64,000 bases of DNA, from the NCBI GenBank assembly GCA_951406725.2, contig OX597830.1:36208001-36272000 (forward strand). Reading direction: 5' to 3'. The stretch's first letter is position 1; the number at the start of each line of letters is the position of its first letter. The position numbers were made by a program, and so were the translations under genes. This DNA is from Octopus vulgaris (Eukaryota). Under the pieces are notes generated by a model. That model searched no databases. It was not told the DNA's origin and saw only the letters and a list, made by a program, of their open reading frames with translations. Below are positions 29,161-44,378 of this stretch, one piece after another.

Positions 29161-30074
29161 ATGTGTCTCCACAATCTGATGATTAACAAATTTCAATTTC
29201 AATCGTAGAATAAAACAAACATGACATACTCTGTGTGCTGAGATCGAAACAGCTTCAATTCCTGGTTATTACAGATGTCTCTTCTTTTTTTTTTTTTTTG
29301 AATCATTGTTAATTCCTTTATTGTTTTCTACCATTAGATTTTAAACTATGGTGAGAGTTTTGCCTTTGAAAGGTTTAGTTGATTATATCAACTCTAGTAT
29401 TTTGTCAAATATTTGTTTATTTCACCGTTCTCTGAAAATAGGAAAATAAGAACCAGGCACGAAATTTTCTAGGAAATCTATGTATCGAATTTCTTTCCAG
29501 GAGTATAATTAGGTTTGATGCCTTTCTGAAATAGACTGTCAGAAACCATTAACTCTACAATGTAAGTGCAGAGTAAAAGCAACAATTCTGTTTTGACTGA
29601 GCCTTGCTTATACACACTGTTGTAGTCGCCATGATCACCAAAAGAAGCGAACGAAAAAGAGCCTCTAGAGCGTTGTTTCATCTGCTACAAACTGGTCCGA
29701 AATCTTCAAATCACAACAGAAAATTAATTGCTCGGATTATTAGAATGTCTGGAAAATGTTTTGTGATATTCGTTCTTGTTCTCAGTTCAAATTATTCCGT
29801 GCTCAAACCACAACAGACATTCTTGATAAAAGAAGTGCACCAACACTGAATAGGAGGTGAGAAGGGGATTCCTGAAACACCTTTGATCATACATCTATTC
29901 GATCGAGGTTAACAGAGGCTAAAGAGCACCAACAGTGGAACATAAATATATTGGAAAGGGTAGGCAATACATGTCCAGAGCGTGGGGCTGTTAGACAATA
30001 TTCCATTCCATTCACCAATGTATATCGGAATATACAGCACAATCCTAAACTAATCAAACACATCGTAAATCTAT

Positions 30075-30405
30075 AACAAGAGCACTCAGAGAGCTCAAAC
30101 TTCCGCCAAGACAACACCAACGTCCTCTCAACGATTAACCGATGTTTTTTAAAATGAGATCTCAAATGCTCTCACAAACGAGAATACTAAAAGTGAACCC
30201 GACCGCTCTCAAAAATTAAGTAAAAGGAAAACAAAACGGAATAATAATCCAGAATCTTCGTCCGGTACTGGATCGATCCCGAAATCTAATCAGTTTGTGC
30301 CAGTTCATCCGAATCCATCCGGCGGTTCTTGAGATGTCTTGCCCACGGACAAACAAACAAACGCTACTGAAAACAATACCCCCGTCTTCGCTAAGGCAGA
30401 GATAA
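30075..30405 (-). mobile_element. non-autonomous Helentron-type element (HINE, DINE-1-like)
   Basis: Reverse strand: TT start, 5' subterminal repeat with hairpin (ctctgcctt..aagacgggg), (GTTT)n, 3' subterminal repeat cttggcggaagt, hairpin gagc..gctc, TT end. Confidence 0.65.
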
Positions 30406-31007
30406 AAACAGATCTGAGGATACTATCTTGTAGTATGGCCAACAACCCAAGAGTAATGCTTCCTTTCCGAACTACAAAACAGCAATGATATTTTCCTCTG
30501 AACATTAGGATAGTGCTAGAAAAAGAAACCCAAGATCAGAGCTGTATATAACATGTCCTAAAGCAGAACAAGGGTCCAGATGTGCCACACGATTCCCTTC
30601 TATTGCCAAGTGAGTCACACTAGCCACACTCTGTACCAGGGAATTATTCACATTAGAATGACTCATAGGGGAATAAATATTTTTAGTAAGAAAGTGCATA
30701 ATGATTATTTCGAGGTGATTTATCAAAATGCTAACGACTTTCTCCGTCATATTTTTACAAACAGACTTACCTCAGTACATGCGCACAATACATAAAACGA
30801 CACACATGACATTGTGGATACAAATCATTATAGAAATAAAGAAATCACATATAAATTGTATATTCATACATGCATATACACACACACGTACATACATACA
30901 TACATATGCACATATATATGTAAGTATGTATGTATATTTATATGTGTGTGTATGTATGTATGTATGTATCTATATATATACATATATATATATATATGTG
31001 TGTGTGT

Positions 31008-31051
<44 letters not shown>

Positions 31052-31831
31052 GTATCTATAAATATATATATGTATATATATATACTTATATATATATAAA
31101 TATATATATGTATGTATATACGTAGTACGTATGTATGTATGTATGTATATGTCAAAATACATATATATTATGCATGAGATAAACTTAAACGCATGCATTA
31201 TGCATATGATAATATCTTCATAATCATATATAAATAGCAGATATGCTTATATGGAAAAAAAGATACATAGTATATGAATTCTCAAATATATATGTGTGGA
31301 TGTATTTGTTTTGTGTATCATTGCATAGTGTGTATCACTGCATCTTTTTATTTGTAATTTTAAATTCTCAGATACATGTGTGTGAGAGTGTGTGTGTGTG
31401 CATGCAGGTCTCTGTGTGTGCGTGTGTGTGTGTGCTCTCGTATAACATAATTCGTATGTATCTGTTTATCTATTTGTGTATATGATTAGTTTGTTTAAAG
31501 TTTCTGCTTTGCACATATTTTCTTTTTAAATACAAAGATGGCAAGATAAATGAGTCAAAGCTGTCACAAAATGTCTGATAAATGTAAAGTTTTGCAAAGA
31601 AAATCGGGATTACTCTAGGAAATTGTAAACGTCATCGGTGAGAGAAAATGAAGGAAGACGAGATGAAAAATGATAGAGAGAGAGAGTGATGGAGAATGGA
31701 ATCGAGAGAGCGTGAGAGAAAGAGGGAAGAAGAAAAAGAAGAAATAGACAGGGAGGGATCAATTAAAAAGGTTGAAGAAAATTCATAGATCTATCTTAAG
31801 ATATTTGGGTAAATAGAGAGACACAGAGAGA

Positions 31832-31896
<65 letters not shown>

Positions 31897-32014
31897 GACA
31901 GACAGATACATACATTCATACATACAAACATACAAACACATACACACACACATACATAATAGATACATATATACTTACATACCTATATCTACAAATATAC
32001 ACCCTTAAGTACAT

Positions 32015-32059
<45 letters not shown>

Positions 32060-32548
32060 TGTATGTATGTATATACGACTATATAGCACATACGTTTTCC
32101 TGACTATAGCATATACATACATACATATATTTATATGTGTGTGAGTAATAGATTGGTACACATACATATATAACTATATCTATATTTATACATACATTAG
32201 TACATAGACATACATATATATATATGCAAGTACATATTTTTCTGTCTACATAGCATATACATATACACATACATATACACATACACACATACAAACACAT
32301 ACATGCATTCATGCATGCATACATATATACATACATACATACATACATTCATACATACATACGTACATACATACATACATACATACATACATACATACAT
32401 ACATACATACATACATACATAGACAGAGATAATGTAGGGAGCTATGAACTAAAGTGATAAAAGATTACTAAAATATCAGAAAAAAATAGACAAAATTAAG
32501 GAAGAATGCAAAAAACGAAAGGGAAACACAAACATCGCAGTTTATATG

Positions 32549-32591
<43 letters not shown>

Positions 32592-32823
32592 TCTGATTTA
32601 TTTTGCTTCAGATTTATTTAAATTCTTTTTTGCAGAATTCAAGATGGCCACTAATATAATGACAACGTCTCTTTGTTAGAGTCAATGCAATTCCGAAGAT
32701 TTGCGAATACGTCAGCGCTAGTTAATGAATAAACTGACATAGATCCATTTTAAATATGGATCATTTTAAATATGGATCTACGCCGATTTACACATTAAAC
32801 AGCTTATGTTTTAATATTGGGTT

Positions 32824-33221
32824 TTTTACTCTTTTACTCTTTTATTTGTTTCAGTCATTTGACTGCGGCCATGCTGGAGCACCGCCTTTAGTCGAGCAAC
32901 TCGACCCCGGGACTTATTCTTTTGTAAGCCCAGTACTTATTCTATCGGTCTCTTTTGACGAACCGCTAAGTGACGGGGACCTAAACACACCAGCATCGGT
33001 TGTCAAGCAATGCTAGGGGGACAAACACAGACACACAAACATACACGCACATATATACGACGGGCTTCTTTCAGTTTCCGTCTACCAAATCCACTCACAA
33101 GGCATTGGTCGACCCGGGGCTATAGTAGAAGACACTTTCCCAAGATGCCACGCAGTGGGACTGAACCCGGAACCATGTGGTTGGTTAGCAAGCTACTTAC
33201 CACACAGCCACTCCTGCGCCT
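32824..33221 (-). mobile_element. SINE family A, full-length reference copy
   Basis: Head aggcgcaggagtggctgtgtggtaag...ggttccgggttcagtccc (A and B boxes), short internal CA/TA slot, (AAAAGAGT)n tail. Confidence 0.9.
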
Positions 33222-33259
33222 AAAGGAATTTGAATAAATCTCAAGAAACACACACACAC

Positions 33260-33291
<32 letters not shown>

Positions 33292-33351
33292 TTGTAGAGA
33301 CGTAGAGACATTTACAGGTATTACATGGAGAGTCACACATACATCCATATA

Positions 33352-33628
33352 TTGGGCTGGTGCATAATTATTGCGCCTTTTTTTCAACAAATTTTATTCA
33401 ACAAAAACAATAAACAATATTTAACAAAAAACATCTTTAAATGACGGTCTGACCGTCTGCCAAACAAATGGGAAGCAGTAATTGAAGTAAGATGGTGATA
33501 ATCATAACCCGGAATAATCATTTAAAGATGTTTTTGCTACATGTTATTTATTTATATTATTTTTTAATAAAATTTGTTGAAATTTTATTAAAAATTTGGG
33601 TTGGTGCAATAATTATGCACCAACCCAA
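33352..33628. mobile_element. mariner-derived MITE
   Basis: TA-flanked TIRs ttggg(c/t)tggtgcataattattgc; internal remnant translates RLPNKWEAVIEV(D)GD, like a mariner transposase C-terminus. Confidence 0.8.
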
Positions 33629-33647
33629 TATGTGGATGTATGTGTGA

Positions 33648-33750
33648 CTCTCCATGTAATACCTGTAAATGTCTCTACGTCTCTCCATGTAATACCTGTA
33701 ACTGTCTCTACGTCTCTCCATGTAATACCTGTAAATGTCTCTACGTCTCT
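33648..33750. repeat. 3 x 33-bp minisatellite
   Basis: ctctccatgtaatacctgtaaatgtctctacgt at 33648, 33681 and 33714. Confidence 0.95.
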
Positions 33751-33753
33751 ACA

Positions 33754-33810
<57 letters not shown>

Positions 33811-33861
33811 CTTGAGATTTATTTAAATTCCTTTTTGTAGAACTCAAGCTGGCCACTAACA

Positions 33862-34070
33862 TAATCCTTTCTGTTATAATAACATTTTGTGGGAGGTGGA
33901 CAGTCCATCCTATCGACCCCAGTACTCAACTGGTACTTAATTTATCGACCCCAAAAGGATGAAAGGTAAAGTCGACCTGCGCGGAATTTGAACTGAGAAC
34001 GTAACGACCGGTCGAAATACCGCTGAGCATTTCGTCCAGGGGGCTAAAGATTCTGCCAGCTCGCCACCTT
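33862..34070 (-). mobile_element. SINE family B with ~19-bp TSD
   Basis: agctggccactaa(c/t)ataat on both sides; empty site visible in the paralogous segment at about 32641-32660. Confidence 0.85.
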
Positions 34071-34336
34071 AGCTGGCCACTAATATAATGACAACGCTTC
34101 TTTGTTAGAGTGAATACAGTTCCAAGATTTGCGAATACATCAGCGCTATTTAATGAAATAACTGACACAGATCAATTTTGAATATGGATTTATGTCGGTT
34201 TACACGTTAGCTAGCTCCTGTTTTAATATGTGGTTGTATGTGTGATGGAAGTGGCTTTCAAATAAGACCTGTAAATGTCTCTATAACTCTACCAGTTTGT
34301 GTGTGAGTGAGATTACCTTTTTGTTAAATATATATT

Positions 34337-34937
<601 letters not shown>

Positions 34938-35132
34938 AACAATGCATAAATTATGTATAAATCTATAATTGTATGATGTACGCAAACGGAATGACGCTTG
35001 TATGTTAATTGTAGGAAATTCGTATGCTGAACATTCATAATGTTTCGCATAACTTCACTGTGACACTGATTGATTGTATTCGAATAATGACATTTATTTC
35101 ACTCCGGTCTTTATTAGTGAGTTTCAGTATTT

Positions 35133-35210
35133 ATGGCATAGTGCTTAATGGCGCGGGCTACTAACCCCAAGATTCCGAGTTTGATTCTAGGCAGTAACCT
35201 AAATAATGAT

Positions 35211-35294
<84 letters not shown>

Positions 35295-35468
35295 GATAAT
35301 AACAATAATAATAATAATAACATTGAAAAATACCTTCGGAATGAGAACCCAGGTTCGAAATTTCCCCAAGACACCTGATGAAGGATGGAGGGTATATCAT
35401 CCGAAACATTGTGTTAACGAGAAACAAAATGAGGACAAATATACGTCAATTGTAAATAATGTAAATAA
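35133..35468 (+). mobile_element. SINE family C copy 4, full head
   Basis: atggcatagtgcttaatggcgcgggctactaaccccaagattccgagtttgattc tRNA-like head; (AAT)n; possible TSD tttcag. Confidence 0.85.
35370..35415 (+). ncRNA. minimal type I hammerhead ribozyme motif
   Basis: Stem I GACAC/GUGUU, CUGAUGA-A, stem II GGAUG/CAUCC (compensatory change), GAAACAUU. Confidence 0.7.
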
Positions 35469-35517
35469 TTTCAGGGTTGTGTTATCCTTTTCGTAAATCC
35501 TAGCCCAATGTACCTAA

Positions 35518-35518
35518 G

Positions 35519-35579
<61 letters not shown>

Positions 35580-35995
35580 ACATCATTATCTTTATTATCA
35601 TCATCATCACTATCATCATCAACGCAATCATCAAAATTATCAACATCAAAATTATCATCATCCCCACCATCATCATCATTGCCGTCGACGTCGTCTCCAT
35701 CCTCATCATTATTATCGTCATCATCAAAAAATCTTCATCGTCAACATCGTCATTATCCTCAGTTTCCTCCTCCTCTTCCTCCTCTTCTTCCTTCTTATCA
35801 CTATTTGTCCTCGTCCTCATCCCCCTCATCCTCCTCATCCTCCTCATCCTTTTCATCCTTATTATCATTTGTCATCGTCCTTTAAAAGTTTAAGCTGTCA
35901 ACATAAAAATAATCATCAATATTCACATCATAAACAACATTTGCTTCATCTGCATCAGCAGCGAAATCAGCTTCCACTGGTTGTTATCATCATCA

Positions 35996-36065
<70 letters not shown>

Positions 36066-36178
36066 TACTATTACTTAGATAAACTTAGATATGTTGCGAC
36101 CAAAGATTGGTCCAGGCCATGTCTAACTTAATAGCACCACCTATTATTATCATTATTATTATTAATATTATTATTATA

Positions 36179-36228
<50 letters not shown>

Positions 36229-36505
36229 GACTATCATTATTATTATTATTATCATCATCATCATCATTGTTGTTGTTTTTGTTGTGGCTGTTGCTGTTAT
36301 GACTTTGCCTTTCATCCTTTGTGTCGATAAAGTAAGTACAAGTCGAGCACTAGGGTCAATGTAATCGATTGACCCCCTCCTCCAAAATTGCTGGCCTGGT
36401 GCAAACATTTGAAACCATTATTATTATTATTTTTGTTGTTGTTGTTGTTATTGTTATTGCCATTATTATTATCATCATCACTATCGTTGCTAGTATTATT
36501 ATTTC

Positions 36506-36581
<76 letters not shown>

Positions 36582-36725
36582 ATTATTATTATTATTATTA
36601 ATATTATTATTAATATTATTATTTCTATTATTATCATATATTATTATTATTATTATTATTATTTCTATTATTATCATATATTATTATTATCATATATTAT
36701 TATTATTATTATTATTATTATATTT

Positions 36726-36758
<33 letters not shown>

Positions 36759-36760
36759 GT
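35518..36760. repeat. (CAT)n/(ATT)n triplet tracts with an embedded SINE B 3' half (36300-36418, plus strand)
   Basis: Direct inspection; gactttgcctttcatccttt...gaaaccattatt. Confidence 0.85.
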
Positions 36761-36897
36761 TGTAGCTGATTTTGTTGTTATCATCTTTATGATGCTCTTG
36801 TTGATGTTAGATTATTTTTTTTCTTTTCAAAAATGCAACTAATTTCAGCAAAATAAATAGACGAAAACTTACACAAATAAACATATAAGCAAATAGA

Positions 36898-36932
<35 letters not shown>

Positions 36933-37423
36933 ACAAATAAATAAATAGATAAATAAACAAATAAATAGATAAATAAATAAATAGAACACAGAAACAAGAA
37001 AACGTAGCAGAGGTAATTGAAATGGTTTTAACTTTAGCTAAAAGCAGTACAGTTAATGAAGCTGGCGTATTTAATTCAATTAGAACTCTCAGCCATGTTT
37101 TGATGTTGTTGTCTATTTAACAAAAACGAAGTCATGGTAAATGTTTATTATTCACGAAGATAAACATGCTTTGTGTTATTTAATCAGACCGACTTTTGAT
37201 ATATTCCTGTAAACCATCGTTAAGTCACTCACTACACGTTTTCCCTCATCATCACATCTCGAGATATAAGTATAGTCTATAGCGTCAAAGGATGTATGCA
37301 TATATATATATACATACATACATACATACATATATATAAATATATATATACACACACATACATATATATATATACATACATATATATAAGGGATGTATAT
37401 ATAAATACATATATGTATATCCA

Positions 37424-37507
<84 letters not shown>

Positions 37508-37517
37508 TTTGTATGTA

Positions 37518-37561
<44 letters not shown>

Positions 37562-37836
37562 TGTACATACATATATAAATGTATGTATACTTATACATAT
37601 AGTTATAGATATACATACACACACATACGCACACACATATATATATAAAGAAATAGATATATACACACATACATACAAATATACTTACGAGCATGCATAT
37701 ATATATATATATATTTATATACATATAAATATTCACACAGACACATGCATTTAATCAATCTTCCGTTGGTTTCAACGATGATTTGCTTTTGTCATTCAAT
37801 CAACAGAACTCCAAACCCATTCTGTGCGTTCTTTCC

Positions 37837-37911
<75 letters not shown>

Positions 37912-38905
37912 ATACAATCGTGCGTAACTGAATGTGTTTGTGTGTCTGTGTGTGTACTGCAGCAATCATGATGACTAGGATTTTAAGTTCTTCCTGACGG
38001 TTTGAACAACTAGAGTAGTTGATTCAGCCATCAGGCGAAAACTAAACCCAGATCAACGCGAAGTTTGCAATAAATCTTACCCTTTCCTCAGTACTGAGTC
38101 TTCCATCAGTAATTGTTCCGTTGTTATTTTTAAACTTATTTTAAAGATAATAACCTTAATTTAATGCACACGTATATAGGCACGCATGTAGGTATACATG
38201 CATATATATGTGTGTGTGCATGTGTGTGCGCGTGTGTGTGCGCATATGTTTATACACATATATGTGTGCATATATATACATAGTTATACATACATCTATA
38301 CCTACATACATGCATACATAAATGCATGCATATATGTACATAATTGAGTGTTGATTCGAGCGTCCATTACCCTGTGTTTTGTAGACACGGATCACATGAC
38401 TAATCTTTCTGATGTTCGCCATTTTTCAAGTTTTACTCATCTGCGAATTAATATGAAGATGATTTTCTGGCATTTGTAAATGACTGGAGCTGGTCACATG
38501 GTTGAAATTGTTTCAGAATACTAGTGAAGGACACTATAGAACACTTCTAGAATGTTGGAGAACTCCTAGAATGTACGGGAAAGAACTCAGTCAAAATTAA
38601 CTTTCTTGTAAAGGGGCCTCTACTTCTTCATTTTCTCATGCCTTGTTTTCCGGGACAGTGGTTTGAAAATTACCCTGGGCTTATTTTTAATGCGGTTTGT
38701 GGTCTCGTTTTCTTCTTCAGCTATTTTCAATGTCCAGTAGACTGTGTTTTGAAAATAAGCACACTAAGATGAGCTTGGGTTTCCAAGTATTTTATTTACT
38801 CGCCTCGTTGAGTGTACAGATGCACGTCCAATAAAAATTTATTATGAAAGTGATACATGGCATATGAATCGCCGCATGTAATGAATATTCGTTTATTGAC
38901 AATTT

Positions 38906-38986
38906 TAGTTACGGCCTGTGAATAAGTTCTTCTAGTTACGGCCTGTGAATAAGAGACACTTCTAGTTACAGCCTGTGAATAAGAGA
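38906..38986. repeat. three copies of a 27-30 bp tandem repeat
   Basis: tagttac(g/a)gcctgtgaataag x3. Confidence 0.9.
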
Positions 38987-39539
38987 GAAAATGAGAGAGA
39001 TGAGAAAACATCATACATAGAAATACAACAGACCATTTAAATACCATATCCATTGGAAATCGCCTCGGATTTTCAGGTGAAGACTACCTGGGACTGTTTC
39101 AGAATGTACACTTTATCAGATAGGCAGGATCTACAGTTTTACCAAGTCTCTTCACCAAAGTGTGAACTGTGCAGAGGTATTTACTTGTCTTAATATATAA
39201 AGTAATATCTATGAAGTTAATTATCGTTAGGCTGATAATAATAATAATAATTACATTTATACTAAAATCTTCTAATGTATTTATGAAGTCGTTCTTGTAT
39301 TTATTCATGGCGTAGCTGTTCTTTTGCATGATATTGTCAGTCTACTTATCCCTGCATAATCCTGGAATATGAGGTGGGGTTCTCTTACTGAGGTTATCAA
39401 GGATAAGCAATTTCACGAATTCAGACACTGCCTTTGCGTCGTCATAGATTCCAATGCAAACGTTGAACAGTGTATCTCCTTTCTAGTTGACCCAGTAGGA
39501 ATCGTTATGAAATGAAATTCTTTGGGTGTTCATCATTTA

Positions 39540-39648
39540 ATCGGCCCGGGGCTAGAGCAAAAGATATTTGCTACAAGGTACCACGCAGTGGGACTGGAGC
39601 CAGACGCATGTGGTTCGGAAGCAAACTACTTGCCATAGACATACGCCT
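39540..39648 (-). mobile_element. SINE family A head fragment
   Basis: tcggcccggggcta...ccacgcagtgggactg...catgtggtt. Confidence 0.7.
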
Positions 39649-39914
39649 AAATAAATAATTACAAGAGATAACATCAAGCTTTGTACAAAGAAGAGTTTTG
39701 TAATCCTCTACCATTTGATTGGATACGTGATTGCCATTTAAACTTCGGAAATTTTTCCTTGGTGGTGGTCGCAATAATTTTGCTATGGTGGAAAAATTGT
39801 AACCAGGTAATAATAGTTGTTTTTGTTGTTATTGTTGTCGTTGCTTAAGTCCTTCCTAGCAAATTCAATAATCAGACCTATGATCATTGATGCTCCAGCT
39901 ATGGTGGAACAAAT

Positions 39915-40310
39915 GAGTGAGTGAACGAGTGGGTAAATGAGTAAGCGAGTGATTGAGTGAGTGAGTGAGTGAGTGAGTGAGTGAGCGAGCACGTGAGTGA
40001 GTGAGTGAGTGAGTGAGTGAGTGAATGAGTGAGTGAGCAAGTGAGAGAGTGAGTGAGTGAGTAAGTGAGAGAGTGAATGAGTGAGTGAGCGAGTAAATGA
40101 GTGAGGGAGTGAGTGAGCAAGTGAGCGAGTGAGCGAGTGAGTGAGTGAGCAATTGAGTGAGTGAGTGAGAGAGCGTATGAGTGAGTGAGTGAGTGAGCGA
40201 GTGAATGAGGTAGTGAGGTAGTGAGGTAGTGAGTGAGTGAGTGAGTGAATGAGCGAGTGAGTGAGTGAGTGAATGAGTGAGCGAGCGAGCGAGTGAGTGA
40301 GCGAGTGAGC
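39915..40310. repeat. degenerate (GAGT)n
   Basis: Direct inspection. Confidence 0.95.
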
Positions 40311-40587
40311 TAGTGTGTTTGAGTGAGTACGTGTGTGTACAGTGTGTAGGGGTAAGTGAATGACTATGAAGAAATTTAGTAAGTGTGACTAAGTGAATGA
40401 AAAAAAAACGGTTGTGAGTGTTTGAAAGAGAAAATTGAACGAGTAAATAGGTATTTAATGTATGAATGAATATTGAAGTGGAGAAAATAGGTAAATGGGT
40501 AATTAAGAGAGTATGTATAAGGTAAGTGTGTGTGTTGGTGTGGGTATGTATGTGTGTATATATATGCATATATATACACATATATAC

Positions 40588-40644
<57 letters not shown>

Positions 40645-40676
40645 TACATACATGTATATATACGTGCATATATATA

Positions 40677-40718
<42 letters not shown>

Positions 40719-40952
40719 AATGATGATACTTGTGTCGTTCTCAATTCATTACTTTCTCATTACGAACGTAAGTAATAAGGTAACGTAAGTAAATGAAAAA
40801 ACACATCGCAATCGTTAGCAAAAACACACACACACACCAAAACTCTATGTGTGTAATTACGGTGAAGCTTAGAGTACCTTGACAAGAAAAAAAAAGCTGT
40901 CAGCTTAGTTAATTTGGAAAACACCGATAGCAAATGCAACAACCACGACGAG

Positions 40953-41412
<460 letters not shown>

Positions 41413-41610
41413 CATAGATACTAAGTCGAATTTGAACACGACACCACTGTCATTGACATTACCATCAACAATATTGATAATGAGGAAGACTACAACAAAA
41501 TTAATATCCCTTAACAACTAAATCCGGTGCAAGACTGGTATGGAAAAAATATTGACAGCAGCGAGAAGAGTAGTTGACGTATATACGTGCCAAGATATTA
41601 GAGATTAATT

Positions 41611-41646
<36 letters not shown>

Positions 41647-41888
41647 CTGATGATGATGATGATGATGATGGTTATGGCGTGTATGCATATGAGTATCAAT
41701 ATATATGGGTGTGTGAATGTTTTTACTTCTATGATTGTATGTATCCACGCACGTATGTATGCGTGTATATATATGTATATATGTATGTATGTATGTGTGC
41801 ATGCTTATATTTCTATAAATATACAGACAGATTCACGCGCTCACACACACACACACGCATACACACATGAACAAATGCATACGCATAT

Positions 41889-41919
<31 letters not shown>

Positions 41920-43115
41920 TGCACACATAAATCTATAAATCCGTGCGCATGCGTGTATGTGTGTATGTTACTTCATATAGGTTACACTTATCTCAGTGAT
42001 AAGTCAAATACTTATAAGAATATAGAACACTAGATTTGTTTCGTGTGTTGAGTACAAATTTGAAAGAAGTCTCCTTCGAAAGAAACAATTTAAGTGAATG
42101 ACTATGAAGAAATGTCTGACTAATAAACACCAACTTGCAAATAGAAATAGGAAATATACTAAATAGCAAGTAAAGAAACTGACCAGCTAGAACATACCTA
42201 CTTACATTGTTTTGTGAACCCTGAAAAAATTCCATTACAAAAAAGCTGACGGACCCAATTGTTAAGATTTTAAATACTGGTCTTTGTACCTTTGACCCTT
42301 ACATTGTCAAAGCAAAGGATTAAGCCAACACAAATGACTGAACTACTAACACAGCTTCTACTTGCCTAACAAACGGACACGCCTAAACATACACTTGCTC
42401 ACAAAGCTCTATATACATCAATAAATTATTTAAAAAAGCATATCCCAAATTTAATCAATACAAGTTTCTCCAAAACACCTTTCCATAACAATCACCCTTA
42501 AAACTAATTTTGTGTGTGCCATTTACAAGCAGAATTCCAGAACTATCATTTTGAGCTACTTCGAAACACAATCTGTTATCATTTTTTTTTTTTTAATTTC
42601 CTAGAGATTGAATAACAACAGCCAATGCCTGATCCTTCGAAAGACCTTAATCCGAAATGCGGATAAACACTTGAGCTTACAAACTCTATTGTATTCTATT
42701 ACTAGGTTTCCAGCGCAGATCTTCACTATTTTTCTTTGAAATACTGGGTTTATTCTCTTCTAAAACATTGTAACGTTGTGTTTCTCTGAGAAATCAATTA
42801 TATATAATGCAGATTTATGAAAAACATATTTGTGTGTTTCATGACACGTTCTAACTTAGCACAGTCAAAATTGAACTACGTTATAGCACATTCATACTTT
42901 GTTGATGGCATGAGGTGAAAAACTTGTATATGAGTATGGAAAATTTGCGTTTATATAGAAAGAGAAAATATATTTATAAATGATATTGTCACTAGATTCA
43001 CATAAACCTTCATGTACAATAACTTTTCTCACCTTTCCAATGTATATTCGTTTTCATAAATTTTATTTTATATTTATGTAGACATAGCGATAGTGAATTG
43101 GAATTGACTGAAGGC

Positions 43116-43600
<485 letters not shown>

Positions 43601-43695
43601 TATTACGCCTTTATAAGAATAACAATCTACAGATTTTTAAATAACTCCCTGGTAGTTATATCAGTAAATAATAATCTCTAATATATCTATTTGTC

Positions 43696-43735
<40 letters not shown>

Positions 43736-44067
43736 GGAATTTTGTCAGTATTATTATCAGATGTTAAAGCGGTCTCTCAACCAATCAAATACAGATACGA
43801 TATGTTTAGGTTCTTAACAGGATTTCAACAAAGCCAGTTATGAGATGATACGTCACAAACATCGTGTCCTCGGCATAGTAGCAAATTTGGAAAATTAAAA
43901 AAATTATAGACTTAAAAAATTCCTTGTGTGCGTGATGTGTTGCATTATATACTATCATATATCGTGATATATATTATAACACTTTACAGCAGAATATATC
44001 TACAGTATTGTTTGTAATAAGGTAGACGTAAACACCTTGTTTTTATCTACAGTACCTTCATAAACAT

Positions 44068-44378
44068 GAAGCTACATGGTTCAGTGGTTTGAGCGTCGGA
44101 CTCACAATCATGAGGTGGAAAGTTCAATTCCCGGACCAGGCTGTAGGTTATGTTCTTGAGCAAGACACTTAATTTGACGTTGCTCTAGTTCACTCAGCTG
44201 TAGAAATCGGTTTGTCTTTCCCTTGGAGAACTCAGTGGCATCGAGAGGAGATGCTGGTATGCATGGGCAACTGTTGGTCTTCTATAAACAAACTTGCCCG
44301 GACTTGTGCCTCGGAAGGGAACTTTCTAGGTGCAATCCCATTGTCATTCATGACCAAGTGGCGTTTTACTCTTTACCT
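44068..44378 (+). mobile_element. SINE family E (tRNA head plus CORE-like domain)
   Basis: A box tggttcagtgg, B box agttcaattcc, then gttcttgagcaagacacttaa...cactcagctgtagaaat. Confidence 0.7.

Noticed and set aside
35133-35195. tRNA gene (ACT anticodon loop) and other tRNA-like heads
   Set aside because: No complete acceptor stem, and each is fused to a repeated body, so these are SINE heads.
39060-39540. Possible decayed coding or LINE fragment on the minus strand
   Set aside because: Short open stretch (KGDTLFNVCIGIYDD...) with no motif I can recognise.
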